A DNA stretch of 64,000 nt from an uncultured Clostridia bacterium (GTDB lineage Bacteria > Bacillota > Clostridia > Christensenellales > UBA1242), in the NCBI GenBank assembly GCA_944381215.1, contig CALWKF010000007.1, positions 1,173 through 65,172 of the forward strand, in the 5' to 3' direction. The notes below the pieces were generated by a model. That model ran no database searches and had not been told where the DNA came from. It worked only from the letters and a program-made list of their open reading frames with translations. A program made the translations under genes and the position numbers. This document shows, in pieces, positions 1 through 7,264 of this stretch; position 1 is the stretch's first letter, and each line of letters begins with the position of its first letter.

Positions 1-1
1 A

Positions 2-301
2 ATTTCAGCAATACCTAGTATTTTACCTAACTTAAATGTGGAAAATTTCTTTAAAAACTTTTTAGCAAACCTTAACAACTACACTCAAATGAAGAGTATC
101 GACTTAATTCGTGATAATTTGGCCGAAACTGCCTGCAAGCATGCCGTAAAAGGCGGGGATGATCTAGATAAAGAGGAGTTAGTCAAACTCGTTCGTGAGG
201 TAGGGGACGGGAATACTACCTTGCAGTGCCCTCACGGTAGGCCTTTTGTTGTGAAATTTTCACATCGAGATATTGATAAATGGTTTAAGAGGATAGTCTA
301 A
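2..301 (+). CDS. mutL: DNA mismatch repair protein MutL, C-terminal end (5' part outside window)
   Basis: Frame is open from the window edge. C-terminal motif QCPHGRPF is present. Stop overlaps the miaA start (TAATG), matching the usual mutL-miaA arrangement. Confidence 0.85.
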   Translation: MSAIPSILPNLNVENFFKNFLANLNNYTQMKSIDLIRDNLAETACKHAVKGGDDLDKEELVKLVREVGDGNTTLQCPHGRPFVVKFSHRDIDKWFKRIV

Positions 302-1026
302 TGCAAAAAATTTTAGTAATTGGCGGGCCTACTGCGGTAGGAAAGTCCGATTTAGCCCTTGATTTAAGCGATTTAATTAATATGGAAATCGTTTCCGCAG
401 ACTCGGTTCAGGTATATAAGGGAATCGAAATTGCCACTTCAAAACCTACAAAACAAGAGCAAATGAAGTGTAAACATCATTTAATTAACATCGTGTCGCC
501 GTTTGACACTTTTAATGCATATGATTTTGTAACAAACGCCAAAACCGCGATACAAGAAATAGCAGAGCAGGGGAAATTGCCCGTAATTGTAGGCGGGACT
601 GGGCTTTATATAGATAGTTTACTCTATGGTTTTGACTTTGAAACTACTAAAAAAGAGCCCCAATACGATTATAAATTCATACTTTTGAACGATTCGCGCG
701 ACAATATCTACCGAAAAATCAACCTTCGTGTCGATAAAATGCTAAATAATGGCCTAGTGTCAGAGGTCAAAGCCCTTAGAAATATGGGTGTAAATTTAGA
801 AAATCAGTGTATGCAGGCCATAGGATATAAAGAGATCTATATGTTCCTAGATGGTGAGATTGAATATAATGAAATGGTGAATCTCATAAAGAAAAATACG
901 CGAAATTATGCAAAAAGACAACTTACATGGTTTAGGCACGAAAAAAATATTGAAGAATGGCAAGTTGCCGACAAGGAAAAACTCCTAAATTACTTAAAGA
1001 AAACCTATATAGAATACAAAAAATAG
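301..1026 (+). CDS. miaA: tRNA dimethylallyltransferase
   Basis: P-loop GPTAVGKS, SADSVQVYKGIEIATSKP, and a QLTWFR-type C-terminus. Length is typical for the family. Confidence 0.95.
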   Translation: MQKILVIGGPTAVGKSDLALDLSDLINMEIVSADSVQVYKGIEIATSKPTKQEQMKCKHHLINIVSPFDTFNAYDFVTNAKTAIQEIAEQGKLPVIVGGTGLYIDSLLYGFDFETTKKEPQYDYKFILLNDSRDNIYRKINLRVDKMLNNGLVSEVKALRNMGVNLENQCMQAIGYKEIYMFLDGEIEYNEMVNLIKKNTRNYAKRQLTWFRHEKNIEEWQVADKEKLLNYLKKTYIEYKK

Positions 1027-1050
1027 CACAAAATTTTGTGCTATTTTTAT
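1023..1050. terminator. Bidirectional intrinsic terminator between miaA and lexA
   Basis: Perfect palindrome atagcacaaaa/ttttgtgctat followed by a T-run. An A-run on the other side serves the minus strand. Confidence 0.7.
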
Positions 1051-1072
1051 ATTATACGACATTTTGTAGTAA

Positions 1073-1702
1073 TTATAGAGAGCGAATCAAGCCCACAACT
1101 TTGCCAATTATTGAAACTTCGTCGAAGTACATTGGCTCCATAGTTGGGTTTTCGGGTTGTAATCTATATCTGCCGTCTTCTTTGTAAAAACGCTTGATTG
1201 TAGCACTATCATCGATGAGTGCGGCTACAATTTCGCCGTTTTCAGCGGTCTCTTGCTTGCGAATTACTACTTTATCGCCATTTAATATTCCTGCATTTAT
1301 CATACTATCGCCGACAACATTAAGTATAAAAAGATTGTTACCCTTAAATAAATTTGCAGGCATGTAGTACGTATCCTCGAAATTTTCCGTTGCCAGCATC
1401 GGCTGACCTGCCGTAATTTGTCCTAAAACAGGAATAGGGGAGTAGTTTTTGATTATTTCTAGGCTTTCTTGTGTGTCAGGTTGCTCAGGCGATAAAATCT
1501 CGATTGCTCTATTTTTGTATGCACCACGGCGGATTTTGCCTTGTTCCTCCAAGTAATTTAGATAGTATGTAATGGTTGAGGTCGAGCTAATGTTTAACGC
1601 AGTGCACATCTCGCGCACAGATGGCGGAAATCCATTCTTTGCCTTATATTTTTTGATAAATTCGTACAACTGCTCGGTTTTGTTAAATATTCTTTTCTGC
1701 AT
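1073..1702 (-). CDS. lexA: LexA repressor (S24 peptidase)
   Basis: N-terminal wHTH (PPSVREMCTAL..STSTI) and a C-terminal S24 domain (GDSMINAGILNGD). Start moved to MQKRIF, with AAGGAG upstream. The tracked ORF start has no RBS. Confidence 0.93.
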   Translation of the reverse strand: MQKRIFNKTEQLYEFIKKYKAKNGFPPSVREMCTALNISSTSTITYYLNYLEEQGKIRRGAYKNRAIEILSPEQPDTQESLEIIKNYSPIPVLGQITAGQPMLATENFEDTYYMPANLFKGNNLFILNVVGDSMINAGILNGDKVVIRKQETAENGEIVAALIDDSATIKRFYKEDGRYRLQPENPTMEPMYFDEVSIIGKVVGLIRSL

Positions 1703-1731
1703 TAAATGAATTTCTCCTTGAATTTTTGATA

Positions 1732-1760
1732 ATTTTAGCACAAAAAACGTCTTATGTCAA
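1732..1760 (-). promoter_or_regulatory. Candidate sigma-A promoter of lexA (TTGACA-17-TAAAAT)
   Basis: Read on the minus strand: TTGACA at 1760-1755, a 17-nt spacer, TAAAAT at 1737-1732. Confidence 0.5.
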
Positions 1761-1771
1761 ACATTTGTTCT
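1759..1771 (-). promoter_or_regulatory. SOS (LexA/Cheo-type) box AGAACAAATGTTT upstream of lexA
   Basis: GAAC-N4-GTTT resembles the Gram-positive consensus GAAC-N4-GTTC. The identical 13-mer lies upstream of recA. It overlaps the lexA -35 element. Confidence 0.7.
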
Positions 1772-1802
1772 TATTTTTCGCGGTAAAAAGACAAATTTTA
1801 AG

Positions 1803-2849
1803 TTATTCTGACCTGAGTTTTACCTTGTTTGCAGCTGACCTGCGTATATCCTCGCTCATTGCAGCGTAATGCTTTTTAGTCGTATTTATATCTTTATGGC
1901 CCAACACATCCGCTACAACATAGATGTCCTGAGTCTCGCGATAAAGATTCGTGCCATATGTACTGCGTAGTTTGTGTGGACTGATATTTTTAAGAGGTGT
2001 AACAAGCTTGCTGTATTTTTTGACTAAATTCTGTACAGCGCGCGTTGAAATACGCTTTTTTTGCAGGGACAAGAATAGTGCGTGCTCGTTCGGGTCAAGG
2101 TCTGGAATGCGTGCGCGGTCCTCTAAATACTTCTTTAATGCATCTGCCACTTCATCCGAAAAATACAGTACAACCTGTGCGCCACCTTTTCGAATCACTT
2201 TAAAACCATTTATGCTAAAATCAATATCATCCACATCGAGCCCTACACATTCGCTGACACGTATACCCGTTCCTAACAGTAACGCCAAAATGGCGTAATC
2301 GCGTGATTCTGTGTGCCTATGGAAAGCTTGCTGAGTAGGGGATAGTGCATAGCCTGTTTCAGCCATGTCAAGCAAATCTACCATTTCGTTGACTTCGAGC
2401 CTCACAATGTTTTTCTCGTGAAGCTTGGGCAGGTCGACTTTCTCCGTTACATTTTTATCAATTTTCTCTTTTTTAAAATAATAGCCGAAAAACGAACGTA
2501 GTGTGGACAACTTACGCGACTTTGCCTTTTCATTATTATGATATGTTTTACCATTAAATTCGTATACCGTAAGATAGTCGAGGAAATTTTCAATCTGTGT
2601 CGCATCGATTGTGTTTAGGTCCATTAGCGAAATTTGTTTAGGGGTACGGCCTTGAAATTGGGGTAGCTGGGTACACAAATAATGGAAGAAAATCCTCAAA
2701 TCGTACGCGTAATTTAAGCGAGTCAATGGCGTAGTTTGATTTTCAACTCCTACAAAAAATTCACTACAAAAATAGGGTAGATCTTGTTTGAGTTCACGGA
2801 TGCGCGTCGTGTTGTTATCATTACGTTCTACATAATATTTTTCAGACAT
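1803..2849 (-). CDS. Tyrosine site-specific recombinase, XerS-like
   Basis: Catalytic set is present: GIRVSE (Arg), RKGG (Lys), HKLRST (His-x-x-Arg), LGHKD, KHY (Tyr). Size (348 aa) and the N-terminal LPYF..EFF...FFHYL region resemble streptococcal XerS as I recall it. Confidence 0.8.
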   Translation of the reverse strand: MSEKYYVERNDNNTTRIRELKQDLPYFCSEFFVGVENQTTPLTRLNYAYDLRIFFHYLCTQLPQFQGRTPKQISLMDLNTIDATQIENFLDYLTVYEFNGKTYHNNEKAKSRKLSTLRSFFGYYFKKEKIDKNVTEKVDLPKLHEKNIVRLEVNEMVDLLDMAETGYALSPTQQAFHRHTESRDYAILALLLGTGIRVSECVGLDVDDIDFSINGFKVIRKGGAQVVLYFSDEVADALKKYLEDRARIPDLDPNEHALFLSLQKKRISTRAVQNLVKKYSKLVTPLKNISPHKLRSTYGTNLYRETQDIYVVADVLGHKDINTTKKHYAAMSEDIRRSAANKVKLRSE

Positions 2850-2877
2850 AAAAAACCTCGCTTTAACTTTTTCTTAA

Positions 2878-2906
2878 ATTATAACAAAATCAAGTCTAAA
2901 TGTAAA
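2878..2906 (-). promoter_or_regulatory. Candidate promoter of the recombinase gene (TTTACA-17-TGnTATAAT)
   Basis: Read on the minus strand: TTTACA at 2906-2901, a 17-nt spacer, and an extended -10 tgtTATAAT at 2883-2878. Confidence 0.5.
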
Positions 2907-3048
2907 ACAATTTTTCAAAGTATGCGTAAAATCCTACTAATTTAAAATGAGCCTACATAGAGTTAAATGTGATTTTTGTCGAGTATTAAAAGTTTTTGAC
3001 AGATAGTACTATGCAAAATATATGTAAGTCTCTGTCTCATTAAATTTA

Positions 3049-3079
3049 AAATTGATTCTATACAGAGTTGATAAAAATT
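3049..3079 (+). repeat. Direct repeat R1 (aaattgattctatacagagttgataaaaatt)
   Basis: 30 of 31 nt identical to R4 at 3519-3549. Confidence 0.9.
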
Positions 3080-3173
3080 AAATTGACTTACACGTCGATT
3101 TTTTGACAAATTAATTTGAGACAAATCTACATGACCAAATGGTCATCTAAAAATCGAATCTCGGCTCTCAACG

Positions 3174-3200
3174 CATTTTAAATCGACTCTGTAAGATAAC
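3174..3200 (+). repeat. Degenerate repeat R2 (cattttaaatcgactctgtaagataac)
   Basis: Shares cattttaaat + YgaYtYtRta with the extended R4 (3513-3549). About 17 of the first 20 positions match. Confidence 0.5.
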
Positions 3201-3241
3201 AATCTATATATCATTATATAGAAATAATATGAAGAGCTATT

Positions 3242-3268
3242 CATTTAATTTAATTAACTCTGTGTCAG
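3242..3268 (+). repeat. Degenerate repeat R3 (catttaatttaattaactctgtgtcag)
   Basis: Resembles R2. The core aattaactctgtgt aligns with aaatcgactctgta. Confidence 0.4.
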
Positions 3269-3393
3269 CGCATTATAAATCAAGCTAATACAAAGTGATT
3301 TTACAAAATGTTATTAGGCCCAAATAATCAATTAAACACGAAAATTTTGTTAAAAAACGCTAAAATCGGGCATTTTACCCGTTTTTAACCCCT

Positions 3394-3427
3394 AACTATG
3401 CGTAAAACTTGTATTTTACGCATAGTT
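3394..3427. other. Perfect 14-6-14 palindrome; candidate Xer/dif-type recombination core (11-6-11 inner site 3397-3424)
   Basis: aactatgcgtaaaa cttgta ttttacgcatagtt. The arms are exact reverse complements. It is not followed by a T-run, so it is unlikely to be a terminator. Confidence 0.4.
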
Positions 3428-3518
3428 TACGGACATCAAAAAGAAAATGTCCCCCATTATTGTGCAGATTTCTAATTAAAATTTATAAGTATTATGCTAC
3501 TAAATTATAGTACATTTT

Positions 3519-3549
3519 AAATTGATTTTATACAGAGTTGATAAAAATT
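3519..3549 (+). repeat. Direct repeat R4 (aaattgattttatacagagttgataaaaatt)
   Basis: Partner of R1. The two copies are 470 bp apart and in the same orientation. Confidence 0.9.
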
Positions 3550-3585
3550 TAAACCCAATTTTACATAGTTTTTTGATAAGGAGCC

Positions 3586-4257
3586 TTAACTATTTCTATA
3601 TAGAGAAAGCAAATAGTCGCCTTTTTTTAGGGCTTTTCTACGTACGGCGAAGTCTGGCAAAACGCTCTTGACCACACCCCAGAATAGTTGAGAGTGATTC
3701 ATTTGAACGAGATGCGCCAACTCGTGTACAACCACATAATCAATTAAATCGTGTGGGACCATAATTAATCGCCAATTAAGTGACACAAGACCGAGGCTAT
3801 TACACGAACCCCAGCAACCACGCGCGTTACTGAGTCGTACTTTATTTGGTGAAAGTTGCATTAAGTTTGAAAAGTATTCCACCCTCCCCCACAAAATCGG
3901 AGCAGCGACTTTTTTATACCATTTAATTAGATTTTTTTCTAAATCATCGCTATATTTTTGAGGGACAATGCAGTATTCATTTTCTAATGTGATGTGTTTA
4001 ATTTTATTATCAAAAACCACGTGGTAAACTTGCCCGCAAAACAAAATATCTTCGTGATTAAAAATGCTCTTGTTTAAATTTTGATTTTCGAGCACACGCT
4101 TACGGTGTAGATTTATCCAATCTTCTTTCTTTGCTATTACGGTTTGAATGTACTCGAGCGAACACCTGCGCGGTGCTTTAATAATTAACTCACCTTGTGG
4201 CGAAATCGAAATAGAAATTGATTTTCTATTAGTCCTAATTAAAATATCTATGTTCAT
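3586..4257 (-). CDS. DUF45/YgjP-like metal-dependent hydrolase (M48-type HExxH)
   Basis: HELAHLVQMNHSQLFW motif near the C-terminus. Start moved to MNIDILIRTNRKS, which has AGGAGAG upstream. Confidence 0.8.
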   Translation of the reverse strand: MNIDILIRTNRKSISISISPQGELIIKAPRRCSLEYIQTVIAKKEDWINLHRKRVLENQNLNKSIFNHEDILFCGQVYHVVFDNKIKHITLENEYCIVPQKYSDDLEKNLIKWYKKVAAPILWGRVEYFSNLMQLSPNKVRLSNARGCWGSCNSLGLVSLNWRLIMVPHDLIDYVVVHELAHLVQMNHSQLFWGVVKSVLPDFAVRRKALKKGDYLLSLYRNS

Positions 4258-4394
4258 TTCCACTCTCCTATTGTGAAAGTAAATATAGCACGATTTTATT
4301 TTAATGGCAAACAATTTGCTTTGAAAAATTAGTTAAATTTCCTTAAAACTTGCTTAAATCAATATGCATAGTACCGCATAGTACTATATTTTGT

Positions 4395-4415
4395 GTATTA
4401 TGCAATGCATAATAC
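4395..4415. promoter_or_regulatory. 21-bp perfect palindrome, candidate PadR operator
   Basis: gtattatgca a tgcataatac lies immediately upstream of the padR-like promoter. Confidence 0.5.
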
Positions 4416-4425
4416 TACAAAATAA

Positions 4426-4454
4426 TTGACAAAATGCAAAGTTTAATATACAAT
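4426..4454 (+). promoter_or_regulatory. Candidate promoter of the PadR-like gene (TTGACA-17-TACAAT)
   Basis: TTGACA at 4426-4431 and TACAAT at 4449-4454, about 30 nt upstream of the ATG. Confidence 0.55.
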
Positions 4455-4483
4455 AAGGGAGACTCAAAAGGGAGAAAAAGACT

Positions 4484-6010
4484 ATGAGTGGAAGTCAAAT
4501 TAACAAACTAATTCTGCAAACCTTACAGACTGGCGACAAGTATGGCTTGGAGATTATTAAGGACATCGAGGAAAGCACGCATGGTACAGTAGTTGTTAAG
4601 CAACCCAGTTTATACAGTGCACTTTCTCGTATGGAGAAAAAGGGACTCATTTCATCGTTTTGGCGTGATAGCGAAATCGGTGGACGTCGCCATTATTATT
4701 CCTTGACAAGTTTAGGTCAAGAGGAAATTAAAGAGAAAAAGAAACCTGTGGATATGCAGGAGTTTGCAAACCCAGACCGCTTTGCTGTTGAGCCCGAACC
4801 TGAACCTAAAATAGAACCTATTATGGAAACTAAAATTATAGAGCCACATGTTGAACCCAAACCTGAAAAAATTATTAGGCAGGAACCTGAAAAACCTCAG
4901 GTTGTATTCGAGCAGTTTGACCCTAACAGAATTCAAGATGTTGAAAAACATAGCTTTACGCAACAAATGCGCGAATATGTTGAACCTGAAACAATTGAGG
5001 AAATTGCGCCAGAGCCTGCACCGATTCAGCCCGCCCCTACCCCAATTTTTGAGAAGAGTGAGCCACAGCCAAAGTCTGAACCAGAGCGCATAAACTTTAG
5101 TTCATACAATGATGAACCCGATGTTGAAATTATTCACGAAGAGCACAAGCCCAGCCGTAATGAAATCAATTATAAGGATATTTTAGGGGACCTTGATGCA
5201 GACTTGCAAACAAACGAAGTTACTCCATCCTCTTATGAGAGTATAAAGTCTGAGTTTGTGCAAACTAGAGAGCCTGTCGAGGAAAAACCTGCGCCTAGAA
5301 AGCAGTCCGAATATTCAAAACAAATTGCTGAGATTTTACGTTCTGAAAAGAAAGTTGAGGCTGAGGAAAAACACGTTACTGACCTTTATGCTCAGCAAAA
5401 TAAAGACCTTATGGATGAAATTAATAGGCGTTATAATCTCGGCAAAAAGCCCACACCTGCTAATAACGATCATAAAATTGCACCGACTTCCGTTGGTTAC
5501 ACCCACATCAAGCAGGAAAACATTGTAGTCAAGCCATACTCAAAGACCGAAAAAGTGGCATTTAGCAAAAAGACATTCATTGACAAAAACAAATTTAACT
5601 TATGCCGTGCTGGAATTATGACTGTGATTTTTATGATTGAGTTGATTTTGTCCTACTTTTTACTGAGAGATGCTGGGATGATTTATGAGCCACATGCATT
5701 CCTATATATATTGTATGGTGTACTAGGATTTACATACTTTGGTGTAATGGCCTTGCTGACATTCAAAGACCTAGATAAAAAGACCCGAATTAAAGACATA
5801 AATTGGGGCATGAATTTACTTTATAGAGTGTTGCTTGCTGTAGTCTTAGCAACATTTGTAATTGCAATGTGCCTATGCTTTGGTATGACAGCACCGCTAG
5901 AACTTGAATTCTTTACTTTATGGTACATCCCCGCCCTTGCTATTGCTGATTTATTACTTTCATGGGTGGTCGGACTAATTATGTATTCTACAAAAATATT
6001 TAGAGTATAA
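4484..6010 (+). CDS. PadR-family transcriptional regulator with Pro/Glu-rich linker and C-terminal multi-pass membrane domain
   Basis: N-terminal PadR wHTH (GDKYGLEI...PSLYSALSRMEKKGLI...RRHYYSLTSLG). The linker of about 280 aa is low complexity. The last roughly 140 aa contain four hydrophobic segments. Confidence 0.8.
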   Translation: MSGSQINKLILQTLQTGDKYGLEIIKDIEESTHGTVVVKQPSLYSALSRMEKKGLISSFWRDSEIGGRRHYYSLTSLGQEEIKEKKKPVDMQEFANPDRFAVEPEPEPKIEPIMETKIIEPHVEPKPEKIIRQEPEKPQVVFEQFDPNRIQDVEKHSFTQQMREYVEPETIEEIAPEPAPIQPAPTPIFEKSEPQPKSEPERINFSSYNDEPDVEIIHEEHKPSRNEINYKDILGDLDADLQTNEVTPSSYESIKSEFVQTREPVEEKPAPRKQSEYSKQIAEILRSEKKVEAEEKHVTDLYAQQNKDLMDEINRRYNLGKKPTPANNDHKIAPTSVGYTHIKQENIVVKPYSKTEKVAFSKKTFIDKNKFNLCRAGIMTVIFMIELILSYFLLRDAGMIYEPHAFLYILYGVLGFTYFGVMALLTFKDLDKKTRIKDINWGMNLLYRVLLAVVLATFVIAMCLCFGMTAPLELEFFTLWYIPALAIADLLLSWVVGLIMYSTKIFRV

Positions 6011-6014
6011 CATA

Positions 6015-6040
6015 AAAAGATGCTTATTTAAGCATCTTTT
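6015..6040. terminator. Bidirectional intrinsic terminator (padR-like / dedA-like)
   Basis: aaaagatgctta..taagcatctttt hairpin with T-runs on both strands. It overlaps the stop codon of the minus-strand gene. Confidence 0.7.
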
Positions 6041-7142
6041 TTGTTTTAGTTTGTGCTTTTTTCTGTTGCTTTTTTATAGATTTAGTTTTACTTTTTGTAG
6101 CCTTTGCATTCTTTTCAATATCATCGTCTTTCGGGCGAGTTAAAGTTTTTTCAGGGAGTAATTTAATATCGCGATTAATACCAAGTTGCATAAATAACCT
6201 GTCTTGCTTGCTCATAAACTTTTTCTTTAAGAAAGTTGCCATTTTATTAATAATTTGTTCAATTTGGTCTTTATATCGATATGCAACCCAAAATAGAATA
6301 ATGAGTGTTACAATTAGTATGGCCCAAACGATGAGTCCCCAGCCACTGAATGGAATAATTTCTCCAGACCCTAGGTAGCAAGTCATAAATATACCAATTG
6401 GTCGAGTTAAAATAATTGTTGTTATAAAGAATCGGTATGTCATAGCAGTCATACCAGCGACCAAGCATAACACATCATCAGGAAAGAGCGGGAATAACAT
6501 CATAAGGAAGAAAATATACTTACCTTTATCGAATAGTAAGGCCGAGTACTTTTTCATAGATTTCTCACCCACTATCCAAGAAACAACTTTTTCTCCAAAC
6601 TTGTCACCAAGCCAAAAGGCAAAGAGAGAACCAGCCATAATTCCTACTAAACTTAACAGAGATGCTACAAAAGGTCCAAACAAAATTGTACCAACTATTG
6701 TTGTTGCCATTGCTGGAAGCGGAATAAAGGTTACTTGCAAAAATTGAAGCAGACAGTAAATTAGGTATTTCCACCACCCTACCTCGCTTAATGCTGCTTG
6801 CAATTTATCTTGATCTGTAAGATATGAAATTAAATCGAGGACATCGAACAGATAGTAACCCCATGTAAAAATCGCAGCAATTGCGATTATTACAAAAACG
6901 GCCTTTAACCAACCCATTCGTTTAGTAACTAAGAAAACTATTCCTAGTCCCATTAGTAGCCCCGTTGTAATAGAAGCAGTTACTAACAGCCATTTGCTTG
7001 CGGTAATTAGGCTACTATAACACCAAATATCTAAGGCACCGAATATGATAATGCACGAAATTAGCAAGACAGAAGTGTGTGTGAATATGCCAGCAGGGCT
7101 TTTTTCTACAATCTTTTCATTATTTTTATTTTTATGTGTCAT
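6024..7142 (-). CDS. TVP38/TMEM64 (DedA-related) family membrane protein with Lys-rich tail
   Basis: Polytopic protein with motifs VTFIPLP...GTILFG...FWLGDKFG and LFPLFPDDVLCLVAGMT. Confidence 0.7.
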   Translation of the reverse strand: MTHKNKNNEKIVEKSPAGIFTHTSVLLISCIIIFGALDIWCYSSLITASKWLLVTASITTGLLMGLGIVFLVTKRMGWLKAVFVIIAIAAIFTWGYYLFDVLDLISYLTDQDKLQAALSEVGWWKYLIYCLLQFLQVTFIPLPAMATTIVGTILFGPFVASLLSLVGIMAGSLFAFWLGDKFGEKVVSWIVGEKSMKKYSALLFDKGKYIFFLMMLFPLFPDDVLCLVAGMTAMTYRFFITTIILTRPIGIFMTCYLGSGEIIPFSGWGLIVWAILIVTLIILFWVAYRYKDQIEQIINKMATFLKKKFMSKQDRLFMQLGINRDIKLLPEKTLTRPKDDDIEKNAKATKSKTKSIKKQQKKAQTKTKKMLK

Positions 7143-7183
7143 AATAGTATTATATTAAAAAACTTTAATAAAGTCAATAATAC

Positions 7184-7212
7184 TTTACTTTTAATTTTGG
7201 TTATGCTAAAAT
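7184..7212 (+). promoter_or_regulatory. Candidate promoter of ABC operon (TTTACT-17-TAAAAT)
   Basis: The two hexamers are spaced 17 nt apart, about 50 nt upstream of the TTG start. Confidence 0.4.
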
Positions 7213-7264
7213 ATTTTTAGCGAAATATTAGGAGTATAGGAAAAATTAGGAGGATTTTAACTAA

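Noticed and set aside
957-1187. 76-aa ORF bridging the miaA end and the lexA end
   Set aside because: It overlaps two real genes and the terminator, and it has no RBS.
2861-2895. difSL-like site immediately upstream of the recombinase gene (ctttttcttaaattataacaaaatcaag)
   Set aside because: Only the left arm loosely resembles the streptococcal difSL as I recall it. The TATAAT inside it fits a promoter better. The 3394-3427 palindrome is the stronger candidate.
2850-3585. CRISPR array
   Set aside because: Repeat spacing is irregular (about 129, 69 and 270 bp). The internal copies are degenerate, only two good copies exist, and no cas genes are present in the window.
2850-3585. Replication origin (DnaA boxes or iterons)
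   Set aside because: The best DnaA-box-like words (ttatacaga) carry two mismatches. No dnaA/dnaN is nearby. Gene orientation on the two sides converges on this region rather than diverging from it.
6015-6040. Near-identical hairpin core (aaaaagatgct.tttaagcatct) here and at the recA terminator (13531-13553)
   Set aside because: Both are ordinary terminators overlapping stop codons. The shared core of about 20 nt could be coincidence or a common terminator type, and it has no further structure.
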